Shown piece by piece: positions 21,898-31,967 of a stretch of DNA of 64,000 bases. The DNA comes from an uncultured Gammaproteobacteria bacterium. Lineage in GTDB: Bacteria; Pseudomonadota; Gammaproteobacteria; DRLM01. A model generated the notes under the pieces. The model was not told the origin of the DNA, made no database searches, and worked only from the letters and a program-made list of their open reading frames with translations. The stretch covers positions 192,001 through 256,000 of the forward strand of contig CAVSNY010000002.1 in assembly GCA_963729605.1 (NCBI GenBank), read 5' to 3'. The translations under genes were made by a program, and so were the position numbers. The first letter of the stretch is position 1. Each line of letters opens with the position of its first letter.

Positions 21898-23220
21898 ATG
21901 TCTGGTCAACAAGACCCGCTGGATTATGTCTCCGCCTCTATCCACCGTGATTTTTATTACAACAATGCTCTCGGCACCCCGACGCTTATCAAAGAATACG
22001 CCAATGTGGAAAAGCTGCTGGTCGAGACGCACTATTTGGCCTGCATCACCATTCAGGTGCCGCAATTGCATCGCATCGAATACAATTACGGCAGCCAGCT
22101 TTACGGCAAGCTCTTGACCGAGGTGACCACATTGATCCGCGATGTGAAGGAACACGCGTTTCGCGGTACGGACATCTTCGTGGTGGATTTGCTCGATGTC
22201 GACACTTTCATCATCTTTCTTTCGCCACCGCGGGATAGCGGCACCCTGTTGCTCGATCACTTGGAGCTGATCTCCGAGCGTACCCGCGTCAGCCTCACCC
22301 AGCGGATTTTTGAAATCTTCTATCCCTATACCCGCGAATATTTGCGGCCCGCGGTGGGTTACGCCATGGCCATCAACAATCCCATGATCAACAACACCCG
22401 CTTGATCACCCAGTTGGTGGCCCATTCCAAACGCATGGGCGAATTTCTCTCCACCCGTCACGGCTATCAAAGCAAATACGCGCTGCAAAAACTCATCATC
22501 CAGCGCGACATTCAAACCGTCTTTCAGCCGGTGGTGGATATCAACACCCTCGACCCCATCGGATATGAGGCCTTGACGCGGGGACCCAAGGATTCGGAAT
22601 TCGCCAGCCCGCTGTTGTTATTCCTGCTCGCCGGCGAATTCGGTTTGTCCTTCGAACTCGATTCCTTGTGCCGGCAAGAGGCGTTTCGCCGCGCGCGCGA
22701 TCTGACCAAGGATACTAAGATTTTCGTCAACACCCTGACCATGACCATTCACGATCCGGAGTTTCGCGGCAAGTATCTCGAAGACTTGCTGAAGGATCTG
22801 GAGATCAAGCCTGAAAACGTCGTCTTCGAGATCAACGAAAAATTGGCCATCGATAATTACGAAGTATTCCGGCGCGCCATGCGGGACTACTCCGACATCG
22901 GTATCGTCCACGCCAGCGACGATATCGGCAACGGCTATTCCGACCTGGAACGCATCATGGAACTCAATCCCGGTTACATGAAGATCGACATCAGTCTGGT
23001 GCGCGACATCAATAATAGTTATATCAAGCGCGAGATCATCAAATCCATGGTCAGCCTCTCGCAGGGTATCGGTTCGCAGATTATCGCCGAAGGCGTCGAG
23101 ACCCCGGAGGAATACCAGACCCTTCGGCAACTGGGCGTGCCTTATGGACAAGGTTATCTCTTCGGCAGACCTTCGCCGACCCTCGATCCTATCGACAAGG
23201 CCTGGTTGGACGCCGGTTAG
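21898..23220 (+). CDS. EAL c-di-GMP phosphodiesterase with degenerate GGDEF-like N-terminal domain
   Basis: FQPVV..GYEALTRGP, DDIGNGYS, KID, AEGVET, QGYLFGRP. GGAG RBS before ATG 21898. Confidence 0.88.
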   Translation: MSGQQDPLDYVSASIHRDFYYNNALGTPTLIKEYANVEKLLVETHYLACITIQVPQLHRIEYNYGSQLYGKLLTEVTTLIRDVKEHAFRGTDIFVVDLLDVDTFIIFLSPPRDSGTLLLDHLELISERTRVSLTQRIFEIFYPYTREYLRPAVGYAMAINNPMINNTRLITQLVAHSKRMGEFLSTRHGYQSKYALQKLIIQRDIQTVFQPVVDINTLDPIGYEALTRGPKDSEFASPLLLFLLAGEFGLSFELDSLCRQEAFRRARDLTKDTKIFVNTLTMTIHDPEFRGKYLEDLLKDLEIKPENVVFEINEKLAIDNYEVFRRAMRDYSDIGIVHASDDIGNGYSDLERIMELNPGYMKIDISLVRDINNSYIKREIIKSMVSLSQGIGSQIIAEGVETPEEYQTLRQLGVPYGQGYLFGRPSPTLDPIDKAWLDAG

Positions 23221-23407
23221 CGCCGCGATTAAATGATTTCCTTTTCTAGACGTTATATCCCAAGTATTCCCCAAACCGCAGGGTGCGCACGGGATTGTGA
23301 GTGGTTGAGCGCGCGGTGCATTGCCAAAGCCGATCCCTCTCGCTTTATAGAGGATAGGGCGTCCGAGCCGGGTTAAGGCTCGCGCGCTCGGATCTAAGGA
23401 GTAGACC

Positions 23408-25006
23408 ATGAAGCTAAAGATCGGCGCCAAGATGGCAATCGCCCTCGGTTTGATAGGCACATTGCTTATCGCTTGCGGCATCGTAGGTTATCTCGGGGCC
23501 AGCAAGCTCTCCGATGAACTTTCTTTTATCACCACCAAGGCTTGGGACGCGGCCGACGGCGCTATGGAGGGCACCATAGGCGTACAGCGGCAACTGCTCG
23601 AGGTGGACCGCCTGCTGATCCCCGGTTTGCCGGCGGAACAGGTTCAGCACCATCGCGATGAGTTGGCGAAGGCGATCAGCTTCGCGGACGAGGCATTGAC
23701 CCGCATGCGGGATTCCGGGCTGATAGACGCCCCGCACTTGGCGGATCTGGATAGATTGCTGGACGAACAGGCGGAGGCGCGCGACGAGCTGCTGAGTTCT
23801 ATTGCGTCAAAAGCTGCGGAAGAGCGTTATTTTCAAAAAACATCCGAGCTGCTTGAATTTATCGATACATTGGAAGCGCTGGGCGACAGCCAAGTGGAAA
23901 ATAAAACCGGAGAGATCGAAACGATCACCGCGGAAGTGAAAATCGCCATCGCCATCACCATGTTGATCGGTATCGCGGTAGCGGTCGGCATCATCGTGTT
24001 CACCGTCCGCGTGGTGGTGTCGCCGATCACCAAAGTGACGCAAAGGATGCGCGATATCGCCGAAGGAGAAGGCGATCTCACCGTTCGCCTGGACGTGCAT
24101 GGGCACGACGAGATCGCCGAGTTGAGCACGGCGTTTAATGCCTATACCGCCAAGATTCACGAAATGGTCACCAAGGTCGCCGACGCCACCGCCCAGCTCG
24201 CCGCTTCCTCGGAACAGACCGCGCGCATCACCTCGGCCGCCAGCGATCAAGTGGAGCGCCAGAAATACGAATCGGAGATGGTGGCGGCCGCGGTCACCGA
24301 AATGGCGCACGCGGCGCACGACGTGGCGCGCAGCGCCGAAGTCGCGGCGGCGGCCGTGCACAGCGCCGATGAAAAATCCCAGTCCGGCAATCAAATCGTC
24401 ACCAATACCATGAACTCCATTCATGCCCTGGCGAGCGAGGTGGGCGTCGCGAACGGCGTCATCACCGAACTGGCCGATGAAAGCGAAAAAATCGGCAAGA
24501 TATTGGATGTGATCCGCAACGTCACCGAGCAGACCAATCTGCTCGCGCTGAATGCCGCCATCGAGGCCGCCCGCGCCGGCGAACAAGGCCGGGGTTTTGC
24601 GGTGGTGGCGGACGAGGTGCGGACCCTCGCGCAGCGGACCCAGGCCTCCACCCTGGAGATTCACAGCATTATCCAGCGCTTGCAGGAAGGCACGGGCAAG
24701 GCGGTGTTGGCCATGGAGAAGGGCCGTCAGCAGGTCAATCAAAGCGTTACGCAATTCGAGGGTGTCAACGAGGCCTTCCGCAATATCGCCGACGCGGTGC
24801 GTTCCGCCACCGACATGACGACGCAGATCGCCGCGGCCGCCGAGCAGCAAAACGCCGTGAGCGAAGAGGTGGGCCGCAACGTCACCAACATCCGCGACGC
24901 GGCGGAAGAGAGCGCCAAGAGTACCCGCCAGGTGATGGACGCCAATCTCGGCGTGGCCGAATTGGCGACGCAGCTGCAGGGTCTGGTCGGGTCGTTTAAA
25001 ATTTGA
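23408..25006 (+). CDS. Methyl-accepting chemotaxis protein
   Basis: Two TM helices, HAMP ([10 protein letters not shown]...DEIAEL), [31 protein letters not shown]. Confidence 0.95.
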   Translation: MKLKIGAKMAIALGLIGTLLIACGIVGYLGASKLSDELSFITTKAWDAADGAMEGTIGVQRQLLEVDRLLIPGLPAEQVQHHRDELAKAISFADEALTRMRDSGLIDAPHLADLDRLLDEQAEARDELLSSIASKAAEERYFQKTSELLEFIDTLEALGDSQVENKTGEIETITAEVKIAIAITMLIGIAVAVGIIVFTVRVVVSPITKVTQRMRDIAEGEGDLTVRLDVHGHDEIAELSTAFNAYTAKIHEMVTKVADATAQLAASSEQTARITSAASDQVERQKYESEMVAAAVTEMAHAAHDVARSAEVAAAAVHSADEKSQSGNQIVTNTMNSIHALASEVGVANGVITELADESEKIGKILDVIRNVTEQTNLLALNAAIEAARAGEQGRGFAVVADEVRTLAQRTQASTLEIHSIIQRLQEGTGKAVLAMEKGRQQVNQSVTQFEGVNEAFRNIADAVRSATDMTTQIAAAAEQQNAVSEEVGRNVTNIRDAAEESAKSTRQVMDANLGVAELATQLQGLVGSFKI

Positions 25007-25104
25007 AGGGGCTAAGGCCGGCGCGCGGCTAACGCGAAATTACCGTCCGCCCGATTTTTAACGCGCTATGATTAGGCATAGGTATATCTCTAAGGAGAGA
25101 GCGT

Positions 25105-26826
25105 ATGCCCGCCTTCATCGATTCCGTCGCCGACCTCGACTTTACCCCCCGCGCACCCTTGCAGGCCTCGCCGCCGGATTGGCGGGACCATTTCATGTAT
25201 TTCCTGCTGGTGGACCGCTACGACGACAACGACCCCGCGACGCCCGCCTTCGGCGGCCTGGCCGGCGCACCGCCGCCGCCCGGTGCGGGCCAGCGCTTTC
25301 AAGGCGGCAACCTCAAGGGCATCACCCGCCGCCTGGATTACATCCGGGGTTTGGGTTGCACGGCGATCTGGCTGAGTCCCATCCTCAAGAATCGCCTCGA
25401 CAAGATGGACAGTTATCACGGCTACGGCATCCAGGATTTCCTGCAAGTCGATCCGCGCTTCGGCACCCTCGACGATCTGCGCGAACTCACCCGCGAGGCC
25501 CATCGCCGCGGCATGTACGTGATCCTCGACGTGGTACTCAATCACGCCGGCGACGTCTGGGCCTATCCCGGCGATTTTGATTATTACTATTATCAAAACC
25601 GGCGTTTTCCCTTCGGCTTTTGGCGCGAGAGGGACCCGGCCGCCGGCCTGCAAGGCGACGACGGCGTCTGGCCGCGCGAGCTGCAACAGCCCGACGCCTT
25701 CAAGCGGCGCGGCCAGATCCGGGATTGGAACGACGCCGAGGAAAGCCGCAACGGCGATTTCCTCAGCCTCAAGGAACTGGACCTGCCCAACCCGCCGGTA
25801 CTCGATGTCCTGATTAAGGTCTACAAATACTGGATCGTCGCCGCCGACCTCGACGGCTTCCGCATCGACACCGTCAAACACATGGAAGATTCGGCCACCG
25901 CGATTTTCTGCAACGCCATCCGCGAATACGCGCAGCGGATCGGCAAGCACAATTTCTTTTTGTTCGGGGAGATCGTCGCCGACGATGAATTAATTCAACG
26001 TTACATCGGCCGCAACGCCCGCATCGAAGGCACCCAGGAACGTTTTCCCGCCCTCGACGCGGCGCTGGATTTTCCGCTCTACTTCATGCTGGAAGAGGTC
26101 ATCAAAGGTTTCGTGAATCCCGCCGCGCTGCGCGCGCGTTACGACGCCTTCCGCGATCGCTACGCCGACCACGGCGCGGCGGGGCGCTACTTCGTCACCT
26201 TCGTCGACAACCACGATCAGATGAGCCGGCCCTACCGCCGTTTCCTGCACGCCAATCCGCATTGGCGGCAGGCGGCGCTGGCGATCGCCTATCTGCTTAC
26301 CAGCCAGGGCGTGCCGTGCATCTACTACGGCACCGAACAGGGTTTCGACGGCGGCGGCCCGCATGACAGTTATGTCCGCGAATGCATGTTCGGCGGCGAA
26401 TGGGGCGCCTTCGGCACCACTGGCCAACACTTCTTCAACGAGAACCATGCGCTGTATCAGGCCATCCGCGCCGTGGCGCGGGTCCGCCGCCAAGAAACGG
26501 CTTTACGTTACGGGCGGCTCTATTTCCGTGAGATTTCCGGCAACGGCGTCGACTTCGGCCACCCCCTCAACGGCCGCTGCACCTTGGCCTATTCGCGGAT
26601 ACTCGACAGCGAGGAGGTGCTGGTCCTGCTCAATCTCGACGCTCAGCCGCGCGCGGATTTCATCACCGTAGATATTCACTTGAGCGCACCGGGCCGGCAG
26701 ATGGTGGACATGCTGGCGGGCGGCGGGCAACCGGTGGTGCAGGAACGCGGCGGGCGGGCCTGCGTGCAGGTGGAATTGGCGGGACACGCCATCGCCATTC
26801 TGAAGTGCGGCGGCGTGCCGCTGTGA
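25105..26826 (+). CDS. GH13 alpha-amylase family glycosidase
   Basis: YHGYGIQDF, DVVLNH, catalytic triad DGFRIDTVKH / GEI / FVDNHD. Confidence 0.92.
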   Translation: MPAFIDSVADLDFTPRAPLQASPPDWRDHFMYFLLVDRYDDNDPATPAFGGLAGAPPPPGAGQRFQGGNLKGITRRLDYIRGLGCTAIWLSPILKNRLDKMDSYHGYGIQDFLQVDPRFGTLDDLRELTREAHRRGMYVILDVVLNHAGDVWAYPGDFDYYYYQNRRFPFGFWRERDPAAGLQGDDGVWPRELQQPDAFKRRGQIRDWNDAEESRNGDFLSLKELDLPNPPVLDVLIKVYKYWIVAADLDGFRIDTVKHMEDSATAIFCNAIREYAQRIGKHNFFLFGEIVADDELIQRYIGRNARIEGTQERFPALDAALDFPLYFMLEEVIKGFVNPAALRARYDAFRDRYADHGAAGRYFVTFVDNHDQMSRPYRRFLHANPHWRQAALAIAYLLTSQGVPCIYYGTEQGFDGGGPHDSYVRECMFGGEWGAFGTTGQHFFNENHALYQAIRAVARVRRQETALRYGRLYFREISGNGVDFGHPLNGRCTLAYSRILDSEEVLVLLNLDAQPRADFITVDIHLSAPGRQMVDMLAGGGQPVVQERGGRACVQVELAGHAIAILKCGGVPL

Positions 26827-26854
26827 AGGGTGATCATCGCCGCGGCGCTGATCG

Positions 26855-26984
26855 GAATCTATCTCAAAAATGGATCACCGCGTTTTTGAATAGGCTCTCC
26901 GCCTTCCTCCCCCGCGAGGGTTACAGGGTGGTTAAAAACGTCCTTCTCCCCCGGCGGGAGGGCGATGATTTTGAGATAGGTCCT
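26855..26984. mobile_element. MITE/REP remnant with CTATCTCAAAA ends
   Basis: GAATCTATCTCAAAAA, TTTTTGAATAGGCTC and ATTTTGAGATAGGTC ends around decayed CCTTCTCCCCCGGCGGGAGGG. The same end follows the dps stop (10240-10254). Confidence 0.5.
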
Positions 26985-27007
26985 GGCCGCAGGCGCCGGG
27001 TTCGCGC

Positions 27008-27832
27008 TTATCGCGGGCGGTAGAGAATGAAGCTGAGGTCGTCCGGATGGGACGGCACACCCGCTCGGGGATGGCGCATCCGTTCATGGCAGCGTGCCGC
27101 CAGCTCGCGGCCGATCCCGCGCAGCGATCCGGCCCGTATGCAATCCACCAATTCGCTGATGTAGAGATTGTCCGGCGCGCCGTCGCTGGCCAGCAATAAG
27201 GTGTCGCGCGGCGCCAGGGCGAAGGTCGGGCCGATGTCGATGCGCATCTCCGGCGAACCGATGACGTTGGAGACGATATTGCGCTCGGCGTGATGCAGCG
27301 CTTCGCTTTCGTCCAGCATCCCGGATTCCACCGCGTAGCCCACCGGCGAATGGGGCATGGTCTGGTATTTCACCTTGCCGCGCTGACCGGCGACCAGGAT
27401 CAATGAATCGCCCACATGGTAAGAACGCATCAGCCGGCCTTGCAATTCCACCACCGCGATGGTGGTGGCGGAGCCGCCGCCGAGGGCGATGATTTCCCGA
27501 TTGGCCTGCTCGATGCCGTTGAGGATGGCGTCGCGCAGCGCCGCATTGTTCCGCTGCGCGGCGCGCACCGCTTCGGCCAGGCGTTGCACCGCCAGCCGCG
27601 AGGCGGCCTCGCCGGCCGGCAAACCGCCCAGGCCGTCCGCTACCACCAGCACCCCGGCGTCGGCACCCGCCGGGATCAGCGCCAGCGCGTCCTCGTTCAC
27701 CGTCTCCTTGAAGGGCGAACGCCGGGTGAAGGCCGCCGCCTTAGCGCCGGCGAAAGAATACGTCTCGACGTCGGCCAGATCCTTTTGGGTATGGATCAGC
27801 GTGTCGGTGAGAATGCGCGGTGGAATGGCCAA
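27008..27832 (-). CDS. PP2C/PPM-family Ser/Thr phosphatase
   Basis: NEDA, VVADGLGG, HVGDS, LASDG, PDDLS. Confidence 0.9.
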   Translation of the reverse strand: MAIPPRILTDTLIHTQKDLADVETYSFAGAKAAAFTRRSPFKETVNEDALALIPAGADAGVLVVADGLGGLPAGEAASRLAVQRLAEAVRAAQRNNAALRDAILNGIEQANREIIALGGGSATTIAVVELQGRLMRSYHVGDSLILVAGQRGKVKYQTMPHSPVGYAVESGMLDESEALHHAERNIVSNVIGSPEMRIDIGPTFALAPRDTLLLASDGAPDNLYISELVDCIRAGSLRGIGRELAARCHERMRHPRAGVPSHPDDLSFILYRPR

Positions 27833-27835
27833 GCA

Positions 27836-28576
27836 TCAACTCCACTGAATAGTTTCGAGATAGTGGCGCAACTGGCCCGCGGTTTTGAACTTGCGCAGAA
27901 TCAACGAACGTTTGAGCCCGCAGCAAATGTCCTTCACCTCCGGCGGTTGTTTCGCGTAGAGCTTGGCGCCGCCCACCGCGTCGTAAAACAGCCGGATCAG
28001 ATTGATGACGTCGTCGTGAATATGCTGGGGGCTGGAGGCGCCCCAGTGGAACATGTCGAGCAGTTTCAATTCAAAGCCCAGGCCGTAGCGCTGCACGATG
28101 ACGTTATCGGAATGCAGGTCGCCGTGGTATTCGCCCAGCTGGTGGATCGCCTCCATGCCCATGGCCAAGGCGTGCAGCAGATGCACCGCTTGAAAGGGAC
28201 TGAGGCGTTTGCGCGGCTGCCGTGCCAGAAAGGCGCTGAGCAATTCGCCTTCCACGAATTCCGAAACCAGAAACGTGATCGGCACGCCGCGATAGAGGAT
28301 GCTGTCCTGGGTGTAATATTGGATCACGATCGGGCACTGGCGCAGCTTGTGTAATTTTTTGGCGTAAAACACCGCGGCCTTGTCGCGTTGGTTGCGGTGA
28401 GGGAAGAAAAACTTGGCGGTGCGGTCGATGCCGGTGGCGCGTTCGCGGATCAGATATACCTCGCCCTCCCAGCCGGCGCCGAGGTGATGGACGATTTCAT
28501 AACGCCCGCGCAGCAGTTTGCCCGGCGGGAAATCAAAAGAGTCGATGCGGGGGTGTTGTTGGTTGCTCATGTCCAT
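27836..28576 (-). CDS. Small Hanks-type Ser/Thr protein kinase
   Basis: LGAGWEGEVY, TAKFF, HGDLHSDN, KLLDMF. Confidence 0.88.
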   Translation of the reverse strand: MDMSNQQHPRIDSFDFPPGKLLRGRYEIVHHLGAGWEGEVYLIRERATGIDRTAKFFFPHRNQRDKAAVFYAKKLHKLRQCPIVIQYYTQDSILYRGVPITFLVSEFVEGELLSAFLARQPRKRLSPFQAVHLLHALAMGMEAIHQLGEYHGDLHSDNVIVQRYGLGFELKLLDMFHWGASSPQHIHDDVINLIRLFYDAVGGAKLYAKQPPEVKDICCGLKRSLILRKFKTAGQLRHYLETIQWS

Positions 28577-28728
28577 CCGCGCTTGCCGCGCGCCGCGCCC
28601 GGCAGGGTTTTTCAGCGGAGGCGCCGCCCTTGCGCGGCGTCCCCCATGTCAAGTTTCCAGTCTGAAGCGACGATACCAAATTGCCGAGGCAGGGAGCATA
28701 ACAAGCCTTTTTTCAGGAGGCCATCCTT

Positions 28729-29382
28729 ATGAATCATCCAGGGTACACCGCCGGCGGGCACCGCGATTGGGATTTGATCGCGGCCGCGATCTTCTTCATC
28801 GCCTGTTGCCTGATCGTGAGCCTGGTGCTGCCTTACCGGCATGCCGGCGCCGGCGCTGATAAGCCGGAGGCTGAACCGGTTTCCGCCGCGCGGCCCGCGC
28901 TCATCGCCCTGATCGTCACCCCGGAACAGAAAAGCGCGGCCTTGACCGCCTACCGGCAAGGCATGTTAGCCCTGCGCGCCGCCGATTATCCGGCCGCGTC
29001 ACTCGCGTTCAAAAAGGCCTTGGAAAAATTTCCGAGCCTCGCCGAGGCCTACATCGGCCTGGGCGAGGCCAATCATTTTCTCGGCGACGATCAGGCCGCC
29101 GCGCTCAACGCCCAGCACGGTCTCGACGAACTCGCCGCCGATCGAACCGTCTCCGCGCCGGACTTGAATATCAAAGCGGCCGAGGCCTGGGCGCATCGCG
29201 TACTGGGCATGGCCTTGCTGCGGCGCGCCGAGAACGAGCTGAATCGGAACGAGGCGTCGTTGGGAAAAATGGAGGCGAATCGCGCCCGCTTTCACTGTCA
29301 GCAGGCGCTCGCGCTGGATCGGGGCGACGCCGCGGCGGAGGATTGCGAAAAAACCGCCGCGGTATGGGCGCGGCGGTCGTGA
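28729..29382 (+). CDS. Membrane-anchored TPR protein
   Basis: N-terminal TM helix, then TPR-like AYRQG...FKKALEKFPSLAEAYIGLG. AGGAGG RBS. Confidence 0.75.
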   Translation: MNHPGYTAGGHRDWDLIAAAIFFIACCLIVSLVLPYRHAGAGADKPEAEPVSAARPALIALIVTPEQKSAALTAYRQGMLALRAADYPAASLAFKKALEKFPSLAEAYIGLGEANHFLGDDQAAALNAQHGLDELAADRTVSAPDLNIKAAEAWAHRVLGMALLRRAENELNRNEASLGKMEANRARFHCQQALALDRGDAAAEDCEKTAAVWARRS

Positions 29383-29475
29383 CGTTCCGCGCGCCGACGG
29401 CGCACGCGGGTAGAGCGCGCGCCGGGATTCGTGGATAATGCAGCGCCAGAGCGACAACCTAAGGGGCGTGTGTTA

Positions 29476-30531
29476 ATGATCCATTTTTCGCAGAGCATTT
29501 CTCGCGGGGGGCCGCGACTCGGCGTCCGCCGCGGTCTGCTCACCCTGTGCGCGGCGGGTGTGTTGCTGGCCCTGGCCGCTTGCGCGAGCGGTCCTGATAA
29601 ACGCTTCGCCGAGGATAGGCACGCGCAGGCCAAGGCCGCCTATCTGGCCCACGACTATCAGCGCACCCTCGCCATCGTCGAGCCGCAGGCCGCCGCGGGC
29701 GCGGCCTGGGCGCAATACACCCTCGGTTTCATGTACTACTACGGACGCGGGGTCAGGATAGACCGTCCGCTGGCGCGGCAATGGATACAACAAGCGGCGG
29801 CGCAGGATTACCCGCCCGCCAAGGAAGCCTTGCGCCGTCTGCCGCCCGTGGATGTCCCCGGCGGACCCGGTGTCCGCGGCGCCACCCGCCAAGGGCGGCG
29901 ATCCGGCGCCGCCCGGGCTCGCGGCGTCCCCCGCCGCGTCCGCGCCGAATTTTCCGCCGCGTGAAATGCCGGCCGGCCAGGGGGCCGCCGCGCGGGGTGG
30001 CGGCGCAAACATGGAGACGCCGCCGCCAGCGTCCATGCCCGCCGTGCCGGAGCCGCCGCCGATCGAGCCCGTTGCCGCCGTCCCGCCGATGGAGGCATCG
30101 CCCGCGCCGATGAGCGAACCGCCGGCCGAACCCGCAGCTGCGGAGCCGGCCGAACCCCGCCCGCCTGTGGTTTCTTCCGACCCGTCACTCGTGCCCCGCC
30201 CGCCATCCCGCTTGCCGCCACGGCCGACGAGCGGGACAACCGGTGGGTCTCCCAACAAGACCCCGCCCGGGTGACCCTGCAATTGATCGGCAGCAGCGAT
30301 CGGGCGGCCATCACCCATTACCTGCGCGAGCACGCCTTGGAAAAAGAGGCCGCCTATTACATTACCAGTCGGGCCGGCCGGCCTTGGTATGTGGTGGTGT
30401 ACGGCAATTATGCTGACTTGAACGAGGCCCGCGCCGCCTTGGGCCGTTTGTCGCCGGCCTTGCGCGCCGCCTCGCCCTGGATACGCCCGTTCGCCGACAT
30501 TCAGCAACAAATCAACACCACCGTGCCCTGA
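29476..30531 (+). pseudogene. Lipoprotein with Sel1 repeat, Pro/Ala linker and SPOR domain, split by compensating frameshifts
   Basis: Lipobox LAAC, Sel1 AQYTLGFMYYYGRGV, SPOR TLQLIG...WYVVVYGNY...PWIR. +1 in the C-run ~29856 and -1 near 30195. Confidence 0.8.
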
Positions 30532-30831
30532 GCCGGGCCGCCGCGCCGCTCGTACCCTTTATCTCGCAAATTTAATCTTACAATTCCCCGCGGCTTGCCG
30601 CGGAGGGGAGATGCTCAAGGAGGCGAGGGTGTAGCGAGGGCGCGATTCCCTCCTTTGCGCAACGCGGCATACATTCCCCGTGCGCGGTCAGACCCATTTT
30701 ATTTAAGAAAGCGCCGACGCATTCCCTCCTGGAATTTTCAGAACACGGCCGCCGCTGTGCCGCGGCAGCGGGTTTGCTGCCCGGCGGACAGCGCGCGGAG
30801 TGTGATCGAAGGCGGGTCGGCGGGCCTCTCT

Positions 30832-31914
30832 TCACAAATGGAAATAAATCCCGAGCCCGGTGTAGCGCAAGCGGTCCTGATAGAACTGGCCGTTGGGGGA
30901 AAAGCCGTGGAAGTGTTCGAGCATGATCCGGATCTCGCGGGCGCGGCGGTGGCTGAAGGCGAGGCCGATCTGGTAAGAGTGATTCCAGCGCCAGTCTCTT
31001 TCCTCGTGGGTCTGAAAGTCGGCGGCCGCTACGCCATCCAAACTGCCCAGTAAATTTTCCTTGCGGCCTTCCAGGCCGGTCTGGAAATGCCAGGGTTTGA
31101 GATCCGGTTCGCTGTTCAGGATGTAACCGCCGCCGCCGTAGACGCGAATACTGTTGAGGTCGAGGGATGCCAGCACCTCGAAGTCCTCGTAGCTGAGATT
31201 GACGCGGCGGATGCCGGGGTTGCCGAGCAGGAACTCGTCGCCCAAATGCGAGCTTTGATGGTAGATCCGCGCCAGCACGGACCACGGCCCGCTGCGATAG
31301 GAGACCGGAATTCCTATCCAGTAATCGGCGTTGACCAGATCGGCGGAAGGCGCGTCGAGATTGAACAGCCCGAACACCGCCGCCTGCAGGCCGATTTGCG
31401 ACACCGAGGCATCGCCCCACCAGCTGTTGGCGAAGCCGAAATATTCGCCGAAGGAGACCATCGCCGCGTTAAATTCACTTGTGGAGCTGTGATAGCGCTG
31501 ATAACGCATGGAGAATTGCGGCTGGCGCGGATCGGCCAGCAAGGGACCGAAGATGTCGTAGGGCGGCAGGGGTTCGATCACTGCTTCAGTCTGCACGACC
31601 GGCACGGCCGGCGCGTCATCTTCCGGCAGGCAGCTCTTTAAATCCTGCCATGCCACCCGTTTGATGCGGCCCGCGGTCAGCAGGGCCTGTTCGACGGCGC
31701 GTTGATCCGCTTCCTTCAAACAGCCTTCGGTGACCAGCAGCACCTGCTCCGCCTCCACCTTCAATACCGATACCCGCAGGCCGGCGAAGCGGCTATCCAA
31801 GATCGCGTCGGCGTAGCCCGCCAGATAACCGGGTTCGACGGCGAAGCCGATGCAAGGCGATAACAACCCGCACAGAATTCCGATTCTCGTGCTCGAACGG
31901 CGCCAACTTTTCAC
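30832..31914 (-). CDS. DUF1207-like exported/outer-membrane protein
   Basis: Signal peptide after GTG 31914, PLLADPRQPQFS, HQSSHLGDEF, GFSPNGQFY, terminal YFHL beta-signal. Confidence 0.8.
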   Translation of the reverse strand: MKSWRRSSTRIGILCGLLSPCIGFAVEPGYLAGYADAILDSRFAGLRVSVLKVEAEQVLLVTEGCLKEADQRAVEQALLTAGRIKRVAWQDLKSCLPEDDAPAVPVVQTEAVIEPLPPYDIFGPLLADPRQPQFSMRYQRYHSSTSEFNAAMVSFGEYFGFANSWWGDASVSQIGLQAAVFGLFNLDAPSADLVNADYWIGIPVSYRSGPWSVLARIYHQSSHLGDEFLLGNPGIRRVNLSYEDFEVLASLDLNSIRVYGGGGYILNSEPDLKPWHFQTGLEGRKENLLGSLDGVAAADFQTHEERDWRWNHSYQIGLAFSHRRAREIRIMLEHFHGFSPNGQFYQDRLRYTGLGIYFHL

Positions 31915-31967
31915 GACTGCCCCACCTTCCTTAGTGCTCCGTCCCCCGGCCCGGATCTGCTGCGCCA

